A stretch of 64,000 bases of DNA, taken from assembly GCA_964010765.1 (NCBI GenBank), contig CAXGMD010000006.1, positions 1,481-65,480 on the forward strand, read 5' to 3'. The position numbers and the translations under genes are program-made. The notes beneath the pieces are model-generated. The model saw only the letters and a program-made list of their open reading frames with translations, was not told the origin of the DNA and made no database searches. Every line of letters begins with the position of its first letter. The stretch's first letter is position 1. Source of the DNA: an uncultured bacterium (lineage in GTDB: Bacteria; SAR324; NAC60-12). Below are positions 49,221-59,070 of this stretch, piece by piece.

Positions 49221-50828
49221 CTAGCGACTGATGCGCTCTTCCCACTCGCTGACCGTGTGGGCAGCACGACGCACCAGTCGTAATCCTCCCTTGGCGACTA
49301 GGCGTCCGGCCTCTCGCGCCTGTTCCCAGCTTTGCTCCCAATTTTGACGAGACTGTAGGTCTGGCAGACAACGCAAGTACTTGTGTCGCAGTGATTCCTC
49401 CAGGCTTCCAAGGATGCTGGGAATCAGCGCTTCCTGGACGTTGTAGACTTTCCCGTGCTCCAGACAGACTGGAATAACACTCTCTGTTGGCACTTCCAGA
49501 TCCTGGGCGACAACTTCCAGCGCTTGACGAATCAACTGGGCCTTGGGACGTACGGCTTGTTCAATGTCGTAGGGTGGTTCCCATTCACGAAGGGGTCGTA
49601 GCAGATCGATCTTGCTCAGCACAACGAACAGGACGGGAGAAGGTAGCTTGGATTGGCGGAATTCTTCACGGAGCTGGTCGAGTAATCGTTTATCAGCCTG
49701 CCGAGCGGCCTGGTTGGCGGCACAGACCCAGAGTAACACATCGGAACTGCGAGCTGCTTTCCACCAGGCTTTGGGTAGTTTTTCATCTGCATGTAGACCA
49801 AAGCCAGCCGAGTCGAGCACAAGCGCCTGGGGGAGTTCATCCTGTTCCAGCAGGTAGGGAGTCAGGCCTTGTTCGACCGGAAGCACATCAGTTGCTGCCT
49901 GCAACTTTCCAAACATCGCATTGACCAGACTCGATTTGCCAGAGTTGACCTGTCCGAGGATCAGGATGCGCAAGGGTTCTCGATGCAGCGACTCAGTATG
50001 GGATTGCTGTTGTTGCAGATCGGCTGTACTCGAGGAGCTACGATAATTCTGTAGATCCGCTTTTTCGATCATCACCGAGCCACTGTACAATTCAATGGCA
50101 TAGTAACCCACGCGTTCGAACAAGGCCTCCAGCAACCAACCAGATACTTCCTGCCGGGAAGCCTTCAATAGTTTACTACTGAACCAGCCTTGGATTTCTC
50201 GTAAAATTGCCGTCTGTGGTGCCAACCCGAAGGAGAGAGCCCGGTAGAGTGCGTAGAGATCACTACCCAGCAGATACAGTCGTCGAGTGCGCAATAGATC
50301 GTGGATCGTCAGCAGGTGCGCTCCGGGCAGATGAGTTTCCAAATCACGTCGGAGATCCAGCGCAGCCCGTTCTACAATACGGAGCAGCGCAGGTAGGGGA
50401 ACCTCTAGAAGAGCTTTGGAGGAATCCTTGTGAAAGTGAGAGGCAACGCGTTGAATTTCCTTTAGGAGTTGTTCCTGAAGGTGGGCTGGCTGTTGTAGTA
50501 ACTCCGGCTGCTGAGTGGCCTGACGGGCTCGCTGTTGGATGGCTTCCCAGAGGGACTGGGTGTCGTGAGGCCAGTGCGCGGCAAAGGGCTTGGTCACCGA
50601 TTTGGGTTTCCAGCCGCGAAGCGACCAGCGGACTCCGATTCCACCGATCAACAAGGTTGCCCCAATCACTCCGGTGCCGTACCAAAGCCACTGACGTTCT
50701 TCCAGCCAGAGAAAGCCCAGTCCGATCAGTCCAAGCCATGGCAAGAGCAGGAAAATCACTAGTAAGAGCAGGGCAAGAGACCTTCCTCGAGTATGGTTTG
50801 TAGAGGGCGATGGTTCAGGGGTTGGCAT
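49221..50828 (-). CDS. Membrane-anchored GTPase (N-terminal TM helices + P-loop GTPase domain)
   Basis: TM segments LALLLLVIFLLLPWLGLIGLGFLW / GVIGATLLIGGIGV. G1 GQVNSGKSSLVNAMFG, G3 DSAG, G4 SKID. Confidence 0.6.
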   Translation of the reverse strand: MPTPEPSPSTNHTRGRSLALLLLVIFLLLPWLGLIGLGFLWLEERQWLWYGTGVIGATLLIGGIGVRWSLRGWKPKSVTKPFAAHWPHDTQSLWEAIQQRARQATQQPELLQQPAHLQEQLLKEIQRVASHFHKDSSKALLEVPLPALLRIVERAALDLRRDLETHLPGAHLLTIHDLLRTRRLYLLGSDLYALYRALSFGLAPQTAILREIQGWFSSKLLKASRQEVSGWLLEALFERVGYYAIELYSGSVMIEKADLQNYRSSSSTADLQQQQSHTESLHREPLRILILGQVNSGKSSLVNAMFGKLQAATDVLPVEQGLTPYLLEQDELPQALVLDSAGFGLHADEKLPKAWWKAARSSDVLLWVCAANQAARQADKRLLDQLREEFRQSKLPSPVLFVVLSKIDLLRPLREWEPPYDIEQAVRPKAQLIRQALEVVAQDLEVPTESVIPVCLEHGKVYNVQEALIPSILGSLEESLRHKYLRCLPDLQSRQNWEQSWEQAREAGRLVAKGGLRLVRRAAHTVSEWEERISR

Positions 50829-50881
50829 GATTTTTGAGGAGTGGAAGGGAACGTGCTTTATTTTTCTTTGGAGGTTGTCTT

Positions 50882-51049
50882 ATGAGTTTTATTTTTGACA
50901 GTCACAATAGCGCGTTGCGGTTTCGAAAGATGGTGGAACGGTACTACCAGATCCCCTATGAAGAGGCCCTGAATTCGGCAGATCCACGGGAATTGCGCCG
51001 AATTTATCGTTCCTGCCACCCAACGCAGGCTTTATTTAACTATTTTTGA
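50882..51049 (+). CDS. Small hypothetical protein (55 aa) with a strong RBS
   Basis: GGAGG 7 nt upstream of ATG 50882. MSFIFDSHNSALRFRKMVERYYQIPYEEALNSADPRELRRIYRSCHPTQALFNYF. Confidence 0.35.
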   Translation: MSFIFDSHNSALRFRKMVERYYQIPYEEALNSADPRELRRIYRSCHPTQALFNYF

Positions 51050-52056
51050 ACCAACCCGGTTCTAGGCATTCGACGCCAGAAGAACCAACCAACCGCCAGC
51101 AGCAACGTCAGGAAGACAGCCAAGCTAACAAAAGCATAGTTGCGAGAGTCTACCGGGATATTGGAAATCCTGATCTCCAACAGGCTGGCATCACTGGCTT
51201 GTGCCCGCCACGCCAGAAAGTCGACATCACCGAAGGTTTGATTCCCCTGGAAGGTCAATTGGGAAGAATTCACGTCCAAGCGTTTGGCTGGAGTGAAGAC
51301 GCTGACCCGATCCAATGGATGAGCGTAGCGCTTCTGGAGCGAGTGGCTGCCCAGAAAAACAGGAATGGTGTATTGGAAGAGCAGTTGCGTGTCTCCTGGT
51401 GGAAAGCCACGAGTCCAGCGCAATTGATTGCCCTCCTGTTGATAGGTTTCCGGACCGTCTTCGAGAACACGAAAGTTTTCATGGGCGTTCGGTAGTTCCA
51501 TCAACAAGGGAGATTGGGTGCTGAGAATATTGTCCTCGGTCGGATTCTGGACGCTGATGACCTCCGTGACGATAAGTTGATCGATATTGGACTCGAAGAA
51601 CAACGAGGACTCGCTGAAGACCAGTGCGCTGGTATCGAAGCTGGTGGACGGTAGACGGATGTCCACAGTAATCAGTTGCTGTTCCGGACGCATGAAGAAA
51701 ACCTCTGAGCTATAGAGGTTCCCTTCAAATCGAGTTCCCAGACGATATCCGGCTCGGTCATCCCGGGGAGGATCCTCAAAGCGAAAGCGACCTGTATCGT
51801 CAGTTTTGGTTCGTCCAACTGGACCGGCAGGTACGACTTCACCGCTGGGATCGAGTACGAATTTGATCAGCACTACATCCAGGCCTTCGGAGAGGGTAAT
51901 TCCCTGGGGAACTTGGACCTGTCCCTCGATTGAGATTGGATTGTTGCTCTCTTCAGCCGCTAGGGAAGTCCAGCTAAGCAGGGAACCAATGATGATCAGG
52001 GCTAACAGAAGTTGAACTGTTTGGAGAAATCCGTGATGAATTTTGCAAAGGGGCAT
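51040..52056 (-). CDS. Secreted/membrane-anchored protein with a CarboxypepD_reg-like beta-sandwich and a C-terminal TM anchor
   Basis: Start chosen at MPLCKIHHGFLQTVQLLLALIIIGSLLSWTSLAA (signal). GQVQVPQGITLSEGLDVVLIKF...DDTGRFRF. C-terminal TM FVSLAVFLTLLLAVGWFFW. Confidence 0.45.
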   Translation of the reverse strand: MPLCKIHHGFLQTVQLLLALIIIGSLLSWTSLAAEESNNPISIEGQVQVPQGITLSEGLDVVLIKFVLDPSGEVVPAGPVGRTKTDDTGRFRFEDPPRDDRAGYRLGTRFEGNLYSSEVFFMRPEQQLITVDIRLPSTSFDTSALVFSESSLFFESNIDQLIVTEVISVQNPTEDNILSTQSPLLMELPNAHENFRVLEDGPETYQQEGNQLRWTRGFPPGDTQLLFQYTIPVFLGSHSLQKRYAHPLDRVSVFTPAKRLDVNSSQLTFQGNQTFGDVDFLAWRAQASDASLLEIRISNIPVDSRNYAFVSLAVFLTLLLAVGWFFWRRMPRTGLVQK

Positions 52057-52087
52057 CGGTTGAAAAGCTCCGCTAACGTGATCCTTT

Positions 52088-52744
52088 GTGGGGAGGATAG
52101 GAATGCCGTTGTCTGATGATTTGAACCGCACACGACTGAAGCGCCGAATTGACGAACTACATGTCGATGTGCGACGCCTGCAACGTCCACAAGAGCGCCA
52201 TAAAGCTCTCAAGGAACTGGATCAACTGACCGTGGAATACATCCGTGCACTCTGTACGGAAATGAAATATGTCTTTCAGCAGAGTGCCTTGCTGCAGGAA
52301 GAACTGCAACCTGATCCAGAACCTGCATTGGCAACAGAAGATTTGCTGGAACCACTGATACTGCAGGAAACTTACCGAGAGGTGGTTGAGCGCCTGGGCT
52401 GGAATCTGCCTGATGAACAACGACCAGAAGTGCCAGTGATCTTGCCTGAACCTGATAAGGAAGAAGAGATCAGCTTCGAATCTCCCCAAGATCTACGTTA
52501 CTACGTGGAAGTCCAGATCGAGGATTGGGGGAGCAACCGAGACCGCTTCGCCTTGCTTGAAAAAATGACGCTGGAAGTGCCCTTGTGGCAGGAATGGGTC
52601 GAAGAATACCGAGCTGAAAAATCACCCAAGGTGCGGCATCCAGGAATCGAGGGACGCTGTACAGTGGAAATCGGTAAGCTCCTTGGCGTGCAGCCAGCAC
52701 TGATCTCGGTCCAGGTACTCAAGTGTGCAGAGGGCATGCGCTAG
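52088..52744 (+). CDS. Hypothetical protein
   Basis: 218-aa ORF, helical/acidic. No motif recognised. Confidence 0.35.
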   Translation: MGRIGMPLSDDLNRTRLKRRIDELHVDVRRLQRPQERHKALKELDQLTVEYIRALCTEMKYVFQQSALLQEELQPDPEPALATEDLLEPLILQETYREVVERLGWNLPDEQRPEVPVILPEPDKEEEISFESPQDLRYYVEVQIEDWGSNRDRFALLEKMTLEVPLWQEWVEEYRAEKSPKVRHPGIEGRCTVEIGKLLGVQPALISVQVLKCAEGMR

Positions 52745-54348
52745 GAAGACTGCTTGCGGAGCTCTTGTTTCACCTCTGCTGCCAAACGACCAAGTGGGTA
52801 ATTTTCCAGATTCACGAAGCGCATCAGTTGGGCTAATCGAGGCTGGACCTCGTGTACTCGCTGGAACATTTGTTGAGCCAGCCAGCGATAATTCTCATGC
52901 CCCTGCGGAGTAGTTCGTAACTCCACCAGCCACATCAAGGAGCGCAGGTTGATCTTCAATGACCAGCGTAGCTGATACGCCATCGGCACCACATACTGTG
53001 CTTCTTGCGGAAATTCTCCCTCCAACGCTTCAAACGCACTCGCTGCTTTCTCCAGAACCTTCCTCACTGGACTTTCCAGTCCTGCATCAATCAATGATTC
53101 TGGGATTGTATAGCCAAGTCGGGTAGTCAGTCGCTGCCGTTCCTGAGTCAGGATTCGGTGTCGGTGTAGATCTCGGTAGGAGCCGTAATCCCCAACGATA
53201 TCGAAGGTGTAGCTTGCATGCTCCAGGGCACGACCAAGCTTGTGGCGTCGGTGCTCGCGTAAGTCTGCCCATTGGCGCAACAGGTTTTCCCGATCTTGGT
53301 CCGACATCCTGCGCACATTCTCCCTGGCTTGGGCAAAGGACAACTCACTGTTTTCATAGAATAGAGCTGTCAGTACTTCGATCTCTGCTTCTGGATCGTA
53401 GCTCAGCAGTTCAACGCTAGCGCTCTGGGGAGTCGATGACTCTATCTGTGGTTGGATCCAGCGGTTGAGCAAATTCTGGCTTTGCTGCTGGAAATTCAGT
53501 TGGCTGCAAAAATGTCGATGGGTTGGATCTGCTCGCCGAATGAAAGATGGAACGACTTGCTGTAGTTCCTGCTCAGCAGCACTGGCTAGATCCTGAAGTT
53601 CCTGCAGGGTCTGTAAGCGGAGGCGAATTAGTAGTCCTTCGAAGAAGCGCCCATTCCCAAAGACACCCATGTTTGTCAGTGTTGAAGCCGGTAACAGGCC
53701 ACGCAGCAGGTCAAATCCCCGTGCCCGAATGGAACGTTCATAGGCGGCTTGTGGTTGATCAGGTTCGGGTGGCAAGACCTTGCGCAGATAGTCTCTGATT
53801 GTTTCAATTAACTCAGCATAGGTGCGAAAAAGCTCTCGGTTTGTCTCCAAATAGAGCTCTGCGTGATCAGAAGCAAGCACCCGTGGGTCTTTGTAAAATT
53901 GGAAGTCTCCATTGACCTGCTGGGCAAAGCTGACATAGCGGGTAGATTTCTCCAATGGCGAACCACCAATCCTTGCGTCCTCCAGCACCTTGGTTGCCAG
54001 AATGGAAACCTGTTCCAGTGCCAGGTGAGCGCCTCCTAATTCACCAATGGAGTCATCTCCGTAGCCGTCGAGAATGCGATCATAAAAGGACTGGGCCTTG
54101 TTCAGTGCCAGTCGAGAATCTTGGGAAGTGGAGGGAGCTTGAAATCCGGCCTCATCATTTTGCAGAAATTCTCGCAGCAGTAGGGTACGGAGACCCAGTG
54201 TGGAGCGAGAATAGCGGGAAAAGAGTGCCCCCTTGATGACTTCGGGAAGATTGGTCAGCACGAACACCGGATGTTCGGTGTTCGTTACGTAAGGCGCGAG
54301 CTGGAGTTGCTCTGCTGGACTGAAGGATTCGTGGCTTTCCAAGACCAA
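52741..54348 (-). CDS. ThyX-like (FAD-dependent thymidylate synthase family) long-form protein; tentative
   Basis: FDIVGDYGSYRDLHRHRIL fits the ThyX F.I......R.L.RHR pattern, recalled from memory. 535 aa suggests a duplicated ThyX fold. Lies 6 nt downstream of nuoI. Confidence 0.35.
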   Translation of the reverse strand: MVLESHESFSPAEQLQLAPYVTNTEHPVFVLTNLPEVIKGALFSRYSRSTLGLRTLLLREFLQNDEAGFQAPSTSQDSRLALNKAQSFYDRILDGYGDDSIGELGGAHLALEQVSILATKVLEDARIGGSPLEKSTRYVSFAQQVNGDFQFYKDPRVLASDHAELYLETNRELFRTYAELIETIRDYLRKVLPPEPDQPQAAYERSIRARGFDLLRGLLPASTLTNMGVFGNGRFFEGLLIRLRLQTLQELQDLASAAEQELQQVVPSFIRRADPTHRHFCSQLNFQQQSQNLLNRWIQPQIESSTPQSASVELLSYDPEAEIEVLTALFYENSELSFAQARENVRRMSDQDRENLLRQWADLREHRRHKLGRALEHASYTFDIVGDYGSYRDLHRHRILTQERQRLTTRLGYTIPESLIDAGLESPVRKVLEKAASAFEALEGEFPQEAQYVVPMAYQLRWSLKINLRSLMWLVELRTTPQGHENYRWLAQQMFQRVHEVQPRLAQLMRFVNLENYPLGRLAAEVKQELRKQSS

Positions 54349-54354
54349 TTGAGA

Positions 54355-54933
54355 TTAGGGTGCTGGGATTCCACGCGAATTGGGGAGGGCGCTCTGTTGA
54401 TCCGGAGGCTTGGGCAAGTCAGCGTCAGTGTACTTGGTCTTTTCGTTGGGAGTGTAGGCGTCACGGAGCAAGTCACGCGTAAAGTTGAACGACTCCCGTG
54501 AGTGATAGGCCATCCCGATGACACCTGTATCCATCCGGATTGCCTGCTTCGGACAGGCCTCCACACATAGGCCACAGAAGACGCAGCGCAATTCATCGAT
54601 ATCAAAACGAACCGGATACTTCTCCACCGAAAAGTCGGGGTGCTCTCCGGCTTCAATATGGATGCACTTTGCTGGACAAACTGTCTCACACATGTAGCAA
54701 GCAACGCACTTGAGGAAGCCATCATCGCGACGGGTAAGTCGGTGTCGGCCCCGCCAGCGTTGAGAGACTGGTCGCTCTTCTTCTGGATACTGAATCGTCA
54801 CAACGTCTTTTTTACCAACGATGTTGCGGAAGAAGTGACGCATCGTGTGTTTCAGTCCGACAGCAATGCCTGGGATGTAGAGGGCTTCCTTGAGTCCTTC
54901 GCTACGATCTACTTTCTTTACCTTGAACTTCAT
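54355..54933 (-). CDS. nuoI: NADH-quinone oxidoreductase subunit I
   Basis: Two 4Fe-4S motifs: CVACYMCETVCP and CVFCGLCVEACP. Confidence 0.85.
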   Translation of the reverse strand: MKFKVKKVDRSEGLKEALYIPGIAVGLKHTMRHFFRNIVGKKDVVTIQYPEEERPVSQRWRGRHRLTRRDDGFLKCVACYMCETVCPAKCIHIEAGEHPDFSVEKYPVRFDIDELRCVFCGLCVEACPKQAIRMDTGVIGMAYHSRESFNFTRDLLRDAYTPNEKTKYTDADLPKPPDQQSALPNSRGIPAP

Positions 54934-54958
54934 ATCAGGCTCACGAGGAGAAAAGGAA

Positions 54959-56029
54959 TCAGGCTAGGGCCACGATGATGATTGCCGTAACCACGGTGTT
55001 TAACAGGGCAACTGGGAGTAGTTTTTTCCAACCCAGGGCCATTGTCTGATCAAAGCGGAACTTTGGTACCGTCCAACGAAGTTGAATCTGGAACCAACAG
55101 AAAATGAAGGTGAAACTGGCGAACTTGCCAAATTGGAGCAGGGTTACTAGCCACTGTGGTGCGGATTCCCAGTGATAGAGCCAAGGCACTTGGTAGCCAC
55201 CGAAAAACAGAGTCGTGATCAGAGCAGCAACTCCAACAATGGCAATGTATTCCGCAAGCATGAAAGACGACCAGCGCATTCCAGAGTACTCAACAAAATA
55301 TCCGGCAACAATCTCAGATTCTCCCTCTGGAGCATCAAAAGGTGCTCTCTTGGTTTCTGCAATCAAGGCCGTAAAGAAAACTACAAATCCCAGGGGTTGT
55401 GTGAAAACACCCCACTTGGGAATCAGACCGAACCAGTGTTCTCCCTGCCCTTCAACGATGGCGCTGACCTGCGTAGAACCGTAGACCATGAATAGTCCCA
55501 TCAGCGAAAGCCCAAGGAAGACCTCGTAGGAGATCATTTGGGCTGAAGCTCGCGTTCCACCAAAGAGTGCAAACTTGCTGTTGGAAGATGCTCCTGCCAG
55601 CACAGCGCCGTAGACACCCAAGGATGTGATTGCAAATATGAAGAGTAGCCCGGGCTGTACGTCAGTGACCTGAAACTTGAAGTCACCAATTGGGCCAGCG
55701 ATTGGGATGATGGCAAAGACCGCCACTGCTGACATAAAGCTGAAGAAGGGCGCGATTGTGTAGAGGAATTTATCAGCACCCTTAGGAATCAGATCTTCTT
55801 TGAAAATTGACTTCAGTGCATCAGCAGCAATATGCAGTAGGCCTCGCCCTCGGTATGATCCAATGTTTGCACGGTTGGGACCGATTCGATCCTGAACGGC
55901 AGCACTCCACTTGCGTTCCATCAGGGTCATGAATGTACCCAAGGGCATGGCAAAGAGCAGCAGTATGAAAAGGATTTTCAACACATCCTGCACAAACGGC
56001 AGGGCTAGAAATTCTAGAACAAGTTGCAT
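54959..56029 (-). CDS. nuoH: NADH-quinone oxidoreductase subunit H
   Basis: NuoH/ND1 signatures (ERKWSAAVQDRIGPNR, GYFVEYSGMRWS...). Confidence 0.9.
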   Translation of the reverse strand: MQLVLEFLALPFVQDVLKILFILLLFAMPLGTFMTLMERKWSAAVQDRIGPNRANIGSYRGRGLLHIAADALKSIFKEDLIPKGADKFLYTIAPFFSFMSAVAVFAIIPIAGPIGDFKFQVTDVQPGLLFIFAITSLGVYGAVLAGASSNSKFALFGGTRASAQMISYEVFLGLSLMGLFMVYGSTQVSAIVEGQGEHWFGLIPKWGVFTQPLGFVVFFTALIAETKRAPFDAPEGESEIVAGYFVEYSGMRWSSFMLAEYIAIVGVAALITTLFFGGYQVPWLYHWESAPQWLVTLLQFGKFASFTFIFCWFQIQLRWTVPKFRFDQTMALGWKKLLPVALLNTVVTAIIIVALA

Positions 56030-56044
56030 GGTTTTCCAGTTGAC

Positions 56045-57304
56045 TCAGCGGTCAAGTTCTCCACCGATCATGTTGATGGAACCAAAAATTGCGATGATGT
56101 CTGCGACGTAGTGTCCGAGGGCCAGCTCGGGCATGGCTTGAACATAGTTGAAACAGGGTGGACGGACACGACATTTTACTGGATCACCAGAACCATCAGA
56201 GACGAGATAGAAGCCTACTTCTCCATTACCCCCTTCGATTGGTTGGTAAACTTCTCCGGCCGGTGGATGGTGACCTTCCATCACCATCTTGAAGTGATCG
56301 ATCAATCCCTCAATGCTACCATAAACTTCTTTCTTGTCCGGATAGCCCAAGTACCGTTCGCGTGTTATTACTGGTCCGTAAGGGATCTTATCGATAGCTT
56401 GTTCGATGATCGATATACTTTGCCGCATCTCTTCCATCCGGACCAGGAAGCGGTCATAGGAATCACCGACTTCTCCAATGGGAATTTCGAAATCCAGTTC
56501 ATCGTAGACAAGGTGTGGATCTGCCCGACGGATGTCGTAGGGTACGCCGCAGGCACGCAGCAACGGACCCGTGAAGCCGTAGGAAATTGCTTTCTCTTTG
56601 GAGAGGACCCCAATGTTCTTCATGCGGTCGATGAAGATCTTGTTGCGAGTGATGAGTTGATCTCCCTCTTCAATCACCTCTCTAACTTTTTCGAGCCGGA
56701 CTTCCACTTCCTTTAAAAAGCCATCTGGGAAATCGGTACTGTTGCCACCAAAGCGAGTCCAGTTGATAGTAACTCTCCCACCAGTGACCTGTTCCAGTAG
56801 TTCGTAGAGATATTCCCGTGCTTTGATGAACCAGAGGAAGAAGGTGAATCCACCGACTTCCATTGCGCAGGCGGCAAGACAGGTGAGATGATCGGTGATT
56901 CTGGAAATTTCGCCCATGATCACCCTGGCAAACTGGGCTCTCCTTGGAATTTCAGCACCAAATAACTTCTCAACAGCCATTGAGTAGCCGATGTTGTTGA
57001 GCACCGGTGAAACATAATTGAGGCGATCTGTGTAAGGAATGACCTGAATCCACTTGGAATTCTCAGACTCTTTCTCAAAGCCTCGATGCAGGTAGCCGAT
57101 TTCTGGCACCATTCCAACGATCTGCTCACCGTCCAAGTAGGTAGTTAGACGCACGATGCCGTGCATTGCCGGATGAGCCGGACCGATTTCGATGCGCATG
57201 ATCGAGGTGTCTGAGTCTTCGGGTGGAGCTGGAATAATGGCTCCAGGCAGGTGAACCGGCTTCAGTTCTTCTGCAGAGATCGTGGTTAGCTCACTGGCGT
57301 TCAC
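56045..57304 (-). CDS. nuoD: NADH-quinone oxidoreductase subunit D (49 kDa)
   Basis: GPAHPAMHGIVRL, LHRGFEK, and a C-terminal ...GEL.R end typical of NuoD. Confidence 0.9.
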   Translation of the reverse strand: MNASELTTISAEELKPVHLPGAIIPAPPEDSDTSIMRIEIGPAHPAMHGIVRLTTYLDGEQIVGMVPEIGYLHRGFEKESENSKWIQVIPYTDRLNYVSPVLNNIGYSMAVEKLFGAEIPRRAQFARVIMGEISRITDHLTCLAACAMEVGGFTFFLWFIKAREYLYELLEQVTGGRVTINWTRFGGNSTDFPDGFLKEVEVRLEKVREVIEEGDQLITRNKIFIDRMKNIGVLSKEKAISYGFTGPLLRACGVPYDIRRADPHLVYDELDFEIPIGEVGDSYDRFLVRMEEMRQSISIIEQAIDKIPYGPVITRERYLGYPDKKEVYGSIEGLIDHFKMVMEGHHPPAGEVYQPIEGGNGEVGFYLVSDGSGDPVKCRVRPPCFNYVQAMPELALGHYVADIIAIFGSINMIGGELDR

Positions 57305-57885
57305 TCAAACCTCCCATAGTGGTAACGCTCCTCGACATCATTGAGTTCGAGCAGGGGTTGCTGCTTGTCCATAGGATAGTCTTTGCGCAAGGGATGTCCC
57401 TGGAACTGTTCGTACATTAAGATGCGGGTTAGATTTGGGTGTCCCTCAAAGTGAATGCCGTACATGTCGTAGCATTCTCGTTCATACCAGTTGACTGCAT
57501 CCCAGAGAGTATGAATTGAAGGAATCTGGCAGTCGTCTTCAGGTACAGGACACTTCAGGCGAATTCTGCGGTCCTTGCTGAGCGAGCGTAGATGGTAGAC
57601 GACTTCAAAGCGCTCGGTTTGCTGTAGATCGGTTTCAACCATCAAATAATCAACGGCGGTTAGATCAACCATCATCTCAAATTGGCAATCTGGATGATCT
57701 CGTAGTAGTCGGCAGATTGGCTGGATGAACTCGCGTTTTAATGCGATGGTCTCGTCGCCGCGATGCCGATGGGTACTCAAAATCGCTGCAGGATATTCCT
57801 GTTGAACCAGGTGGATGACCACACTGGTTTCAATGGGTTCCGAGGCCGCAATACTCTCTATGTTTTCTGAACTTTCTTCAGCCAT
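57301..57885 (-). CDS. nuoC: NADH-quinone oxidoreductase subunit C (30 kDa)
   Basis: Start chosen at ATG 57885 (MAEESS...), 8 nt after the nuoB stop. The ORF track extends it to 58179, overlapping nuoB. Complex1_30kDa motifs (ERECYDMYGI, HPNLTRILM). Confidence 0.8.
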   Translation of the reverse strand: MAEESSENIESIAASEPIETSVVIHLVQQEYPAAILSTHRHRGDETIALKREFIQPICRLLRDHPDCQFEMMVDLTAVDYLMVETDLQQTERFEVVYHLRSLSKDRRIRLKCPVPEDDCQIPSIHTLWDAVNWYERECYDMYGIHFEGHPNLTRILMYEQFQGHPLRKDYPMDKQQPLLELNDVEERYHYGRFE

Positions 57886-57892
57886 AGCCCCT

Positions 57893-58594
57893 TCAGCCTG
57901 TTTTGAGATTGTCCTTGTCACGGCGGCCTTTCGGCGTATCGTAGCCCATTGTGGAGTTGGTGTTGATGTAGTCTTTGGAGTAGCTATAGCCCGGCTTTGT
58001 TGAGCGGTTACTCTTTGGATTCTGAACATTTTCAACCACTTCGTTTTCAGGGATTTCGAGGAAACGGCTGAGTTGAAGTTTCTTTTGGTCCATATGGCTG
58101 ATCGCGGCGGAGTTGATACTGCCTTGAAGAGCGCTGGGCCCATCATTCTGGATGCGATTCTGTAGCTCCATAAGCCCATCTAGCACGGCCTCAGGACGGG
58201 GAGGACAGCCAGCAATGTAAACGTCCACTGGGATCACCCGATCAATTCCCTGCAACACAGAGTAATTCTGGTAGAAGCCTCCAGAGGAAGCGCAGGCACC
58301 GAAAGCAATCACCCACTTTGGTTCAGCCATTTGGTCATAGACGTTGCGTAGGATGGGAGTCATCTTGTGAGTGACGGTGCCGACTACCCAGAGGACATCG
58401 GACTGGCGTGGTGAAAAACGAGGAATTTCTGCACCAAAGCGCGAAACGTCGTAGTGTGAACAGGAGGCGGACATGTACTCCATTCCGCAGCAAGCTGTGA
58501 CGAATGGATACTGAAATAGGGAAAACTTGCGTGCCCAGTTGACCACATTATCAAATTTAGTGGTCAGGAAATCACCGTAGTGGGCAGATTCCAT
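57893..58594 (-). CDS. nuoB: NADH-quinone oxidoreductase subunit B (20 kDa) with ~80-aa polar C-terminal extension
   Basis: CCGMEYM...GACASSGG...GCPPRPE, the N2 cluster cysteines. Confidence 0.85.
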   Translation of the reverse strand: MESAHYGDFLTTKFDNVVNWARKFSLFQYPFVTACCGMEYMSASCSHYDVSRFGAEIPRFSPRQSDVLWVVGTVTHKMTPILRNVYDQMAEPKWVIAFGACASSGGFYQNYSVLQGIDRVIPVDVYIAGCPPRPEAVLDGLMELQNRIQNDGPSALQGSINSAAISHMDQKKLQLSRFLEIPENEVVENVQNPKSNRSTKPGYSYSKDYINTNSTMGYDTPKGRRDKDNLKTG

Positions 58595-58618
58595 AGGTTC
58601 CTTGAACTGAGTGGTGGA

Positions 58619-58990
58619 TCATTCCCATTCCAATGCGCCCTTTTTCCAGTCGTAGACCAGACCAAGGACGAGTACACCGATGAAGAATAGCGCTGCGATC
58701 AGGCCGGGCCAGTGCAACTCGCGAATTTGTACTGCCCAGGGATAGAGAAAGACAACTTCGACATCAAACACGAGAAAAACCAGGGCTGTCATGAAGAATT
58801 TGACATCGTAGCGCTGCCCTTCTGTGCCTTGAGTCAGGAATCCAGACTCAAAAGGAGTTTGCTTGGTCTCGGTGCTCAACTTGGGTCCAAACAGGATACT
58901 GATGGCAGTGAAGACTCCGGCTAACCCGATGCCAACCAAGATCATGATCAAAATGGGAAGGTACTCGCGCATGCAAACTCCAGCAGGCAA
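58619..58990 (-). CDS. nuoA: NADH-quinone oxidoreductase subunit A
   Basis: Three TM helices. PFESGF and FDVEVVFLYPWA motifs. Confidence 0.8.
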   Translation of the reverse strand: MPAGVCMREYLPILIMILVGIGLAGVFTAISILFGPKLSTETKQTPFESGFLTQGTEGQRYDVKFFMTALVFLVFDVEVVFLYPWAVQIRELHWPGLIAALFFIGVLVLGLVYDWKKGALEWE

Positions 58991-59070
58991 AACAAATCGA
59001 ATAAAATCAGTGGCAGTATTCCACCCGGCCTGCCCTTTGTCAAATCAAAGCAAACGGCTCAAACTGGGCT

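Noticed and set aside
57886-58179. N-terminal 98-codon extension of nuoC overlapping the nuoB 3' end
   Set aside because: It lies out of frame inside nuoB. An ATG with conserved NuoC sequence begins 8 nt after the nuoB stop.
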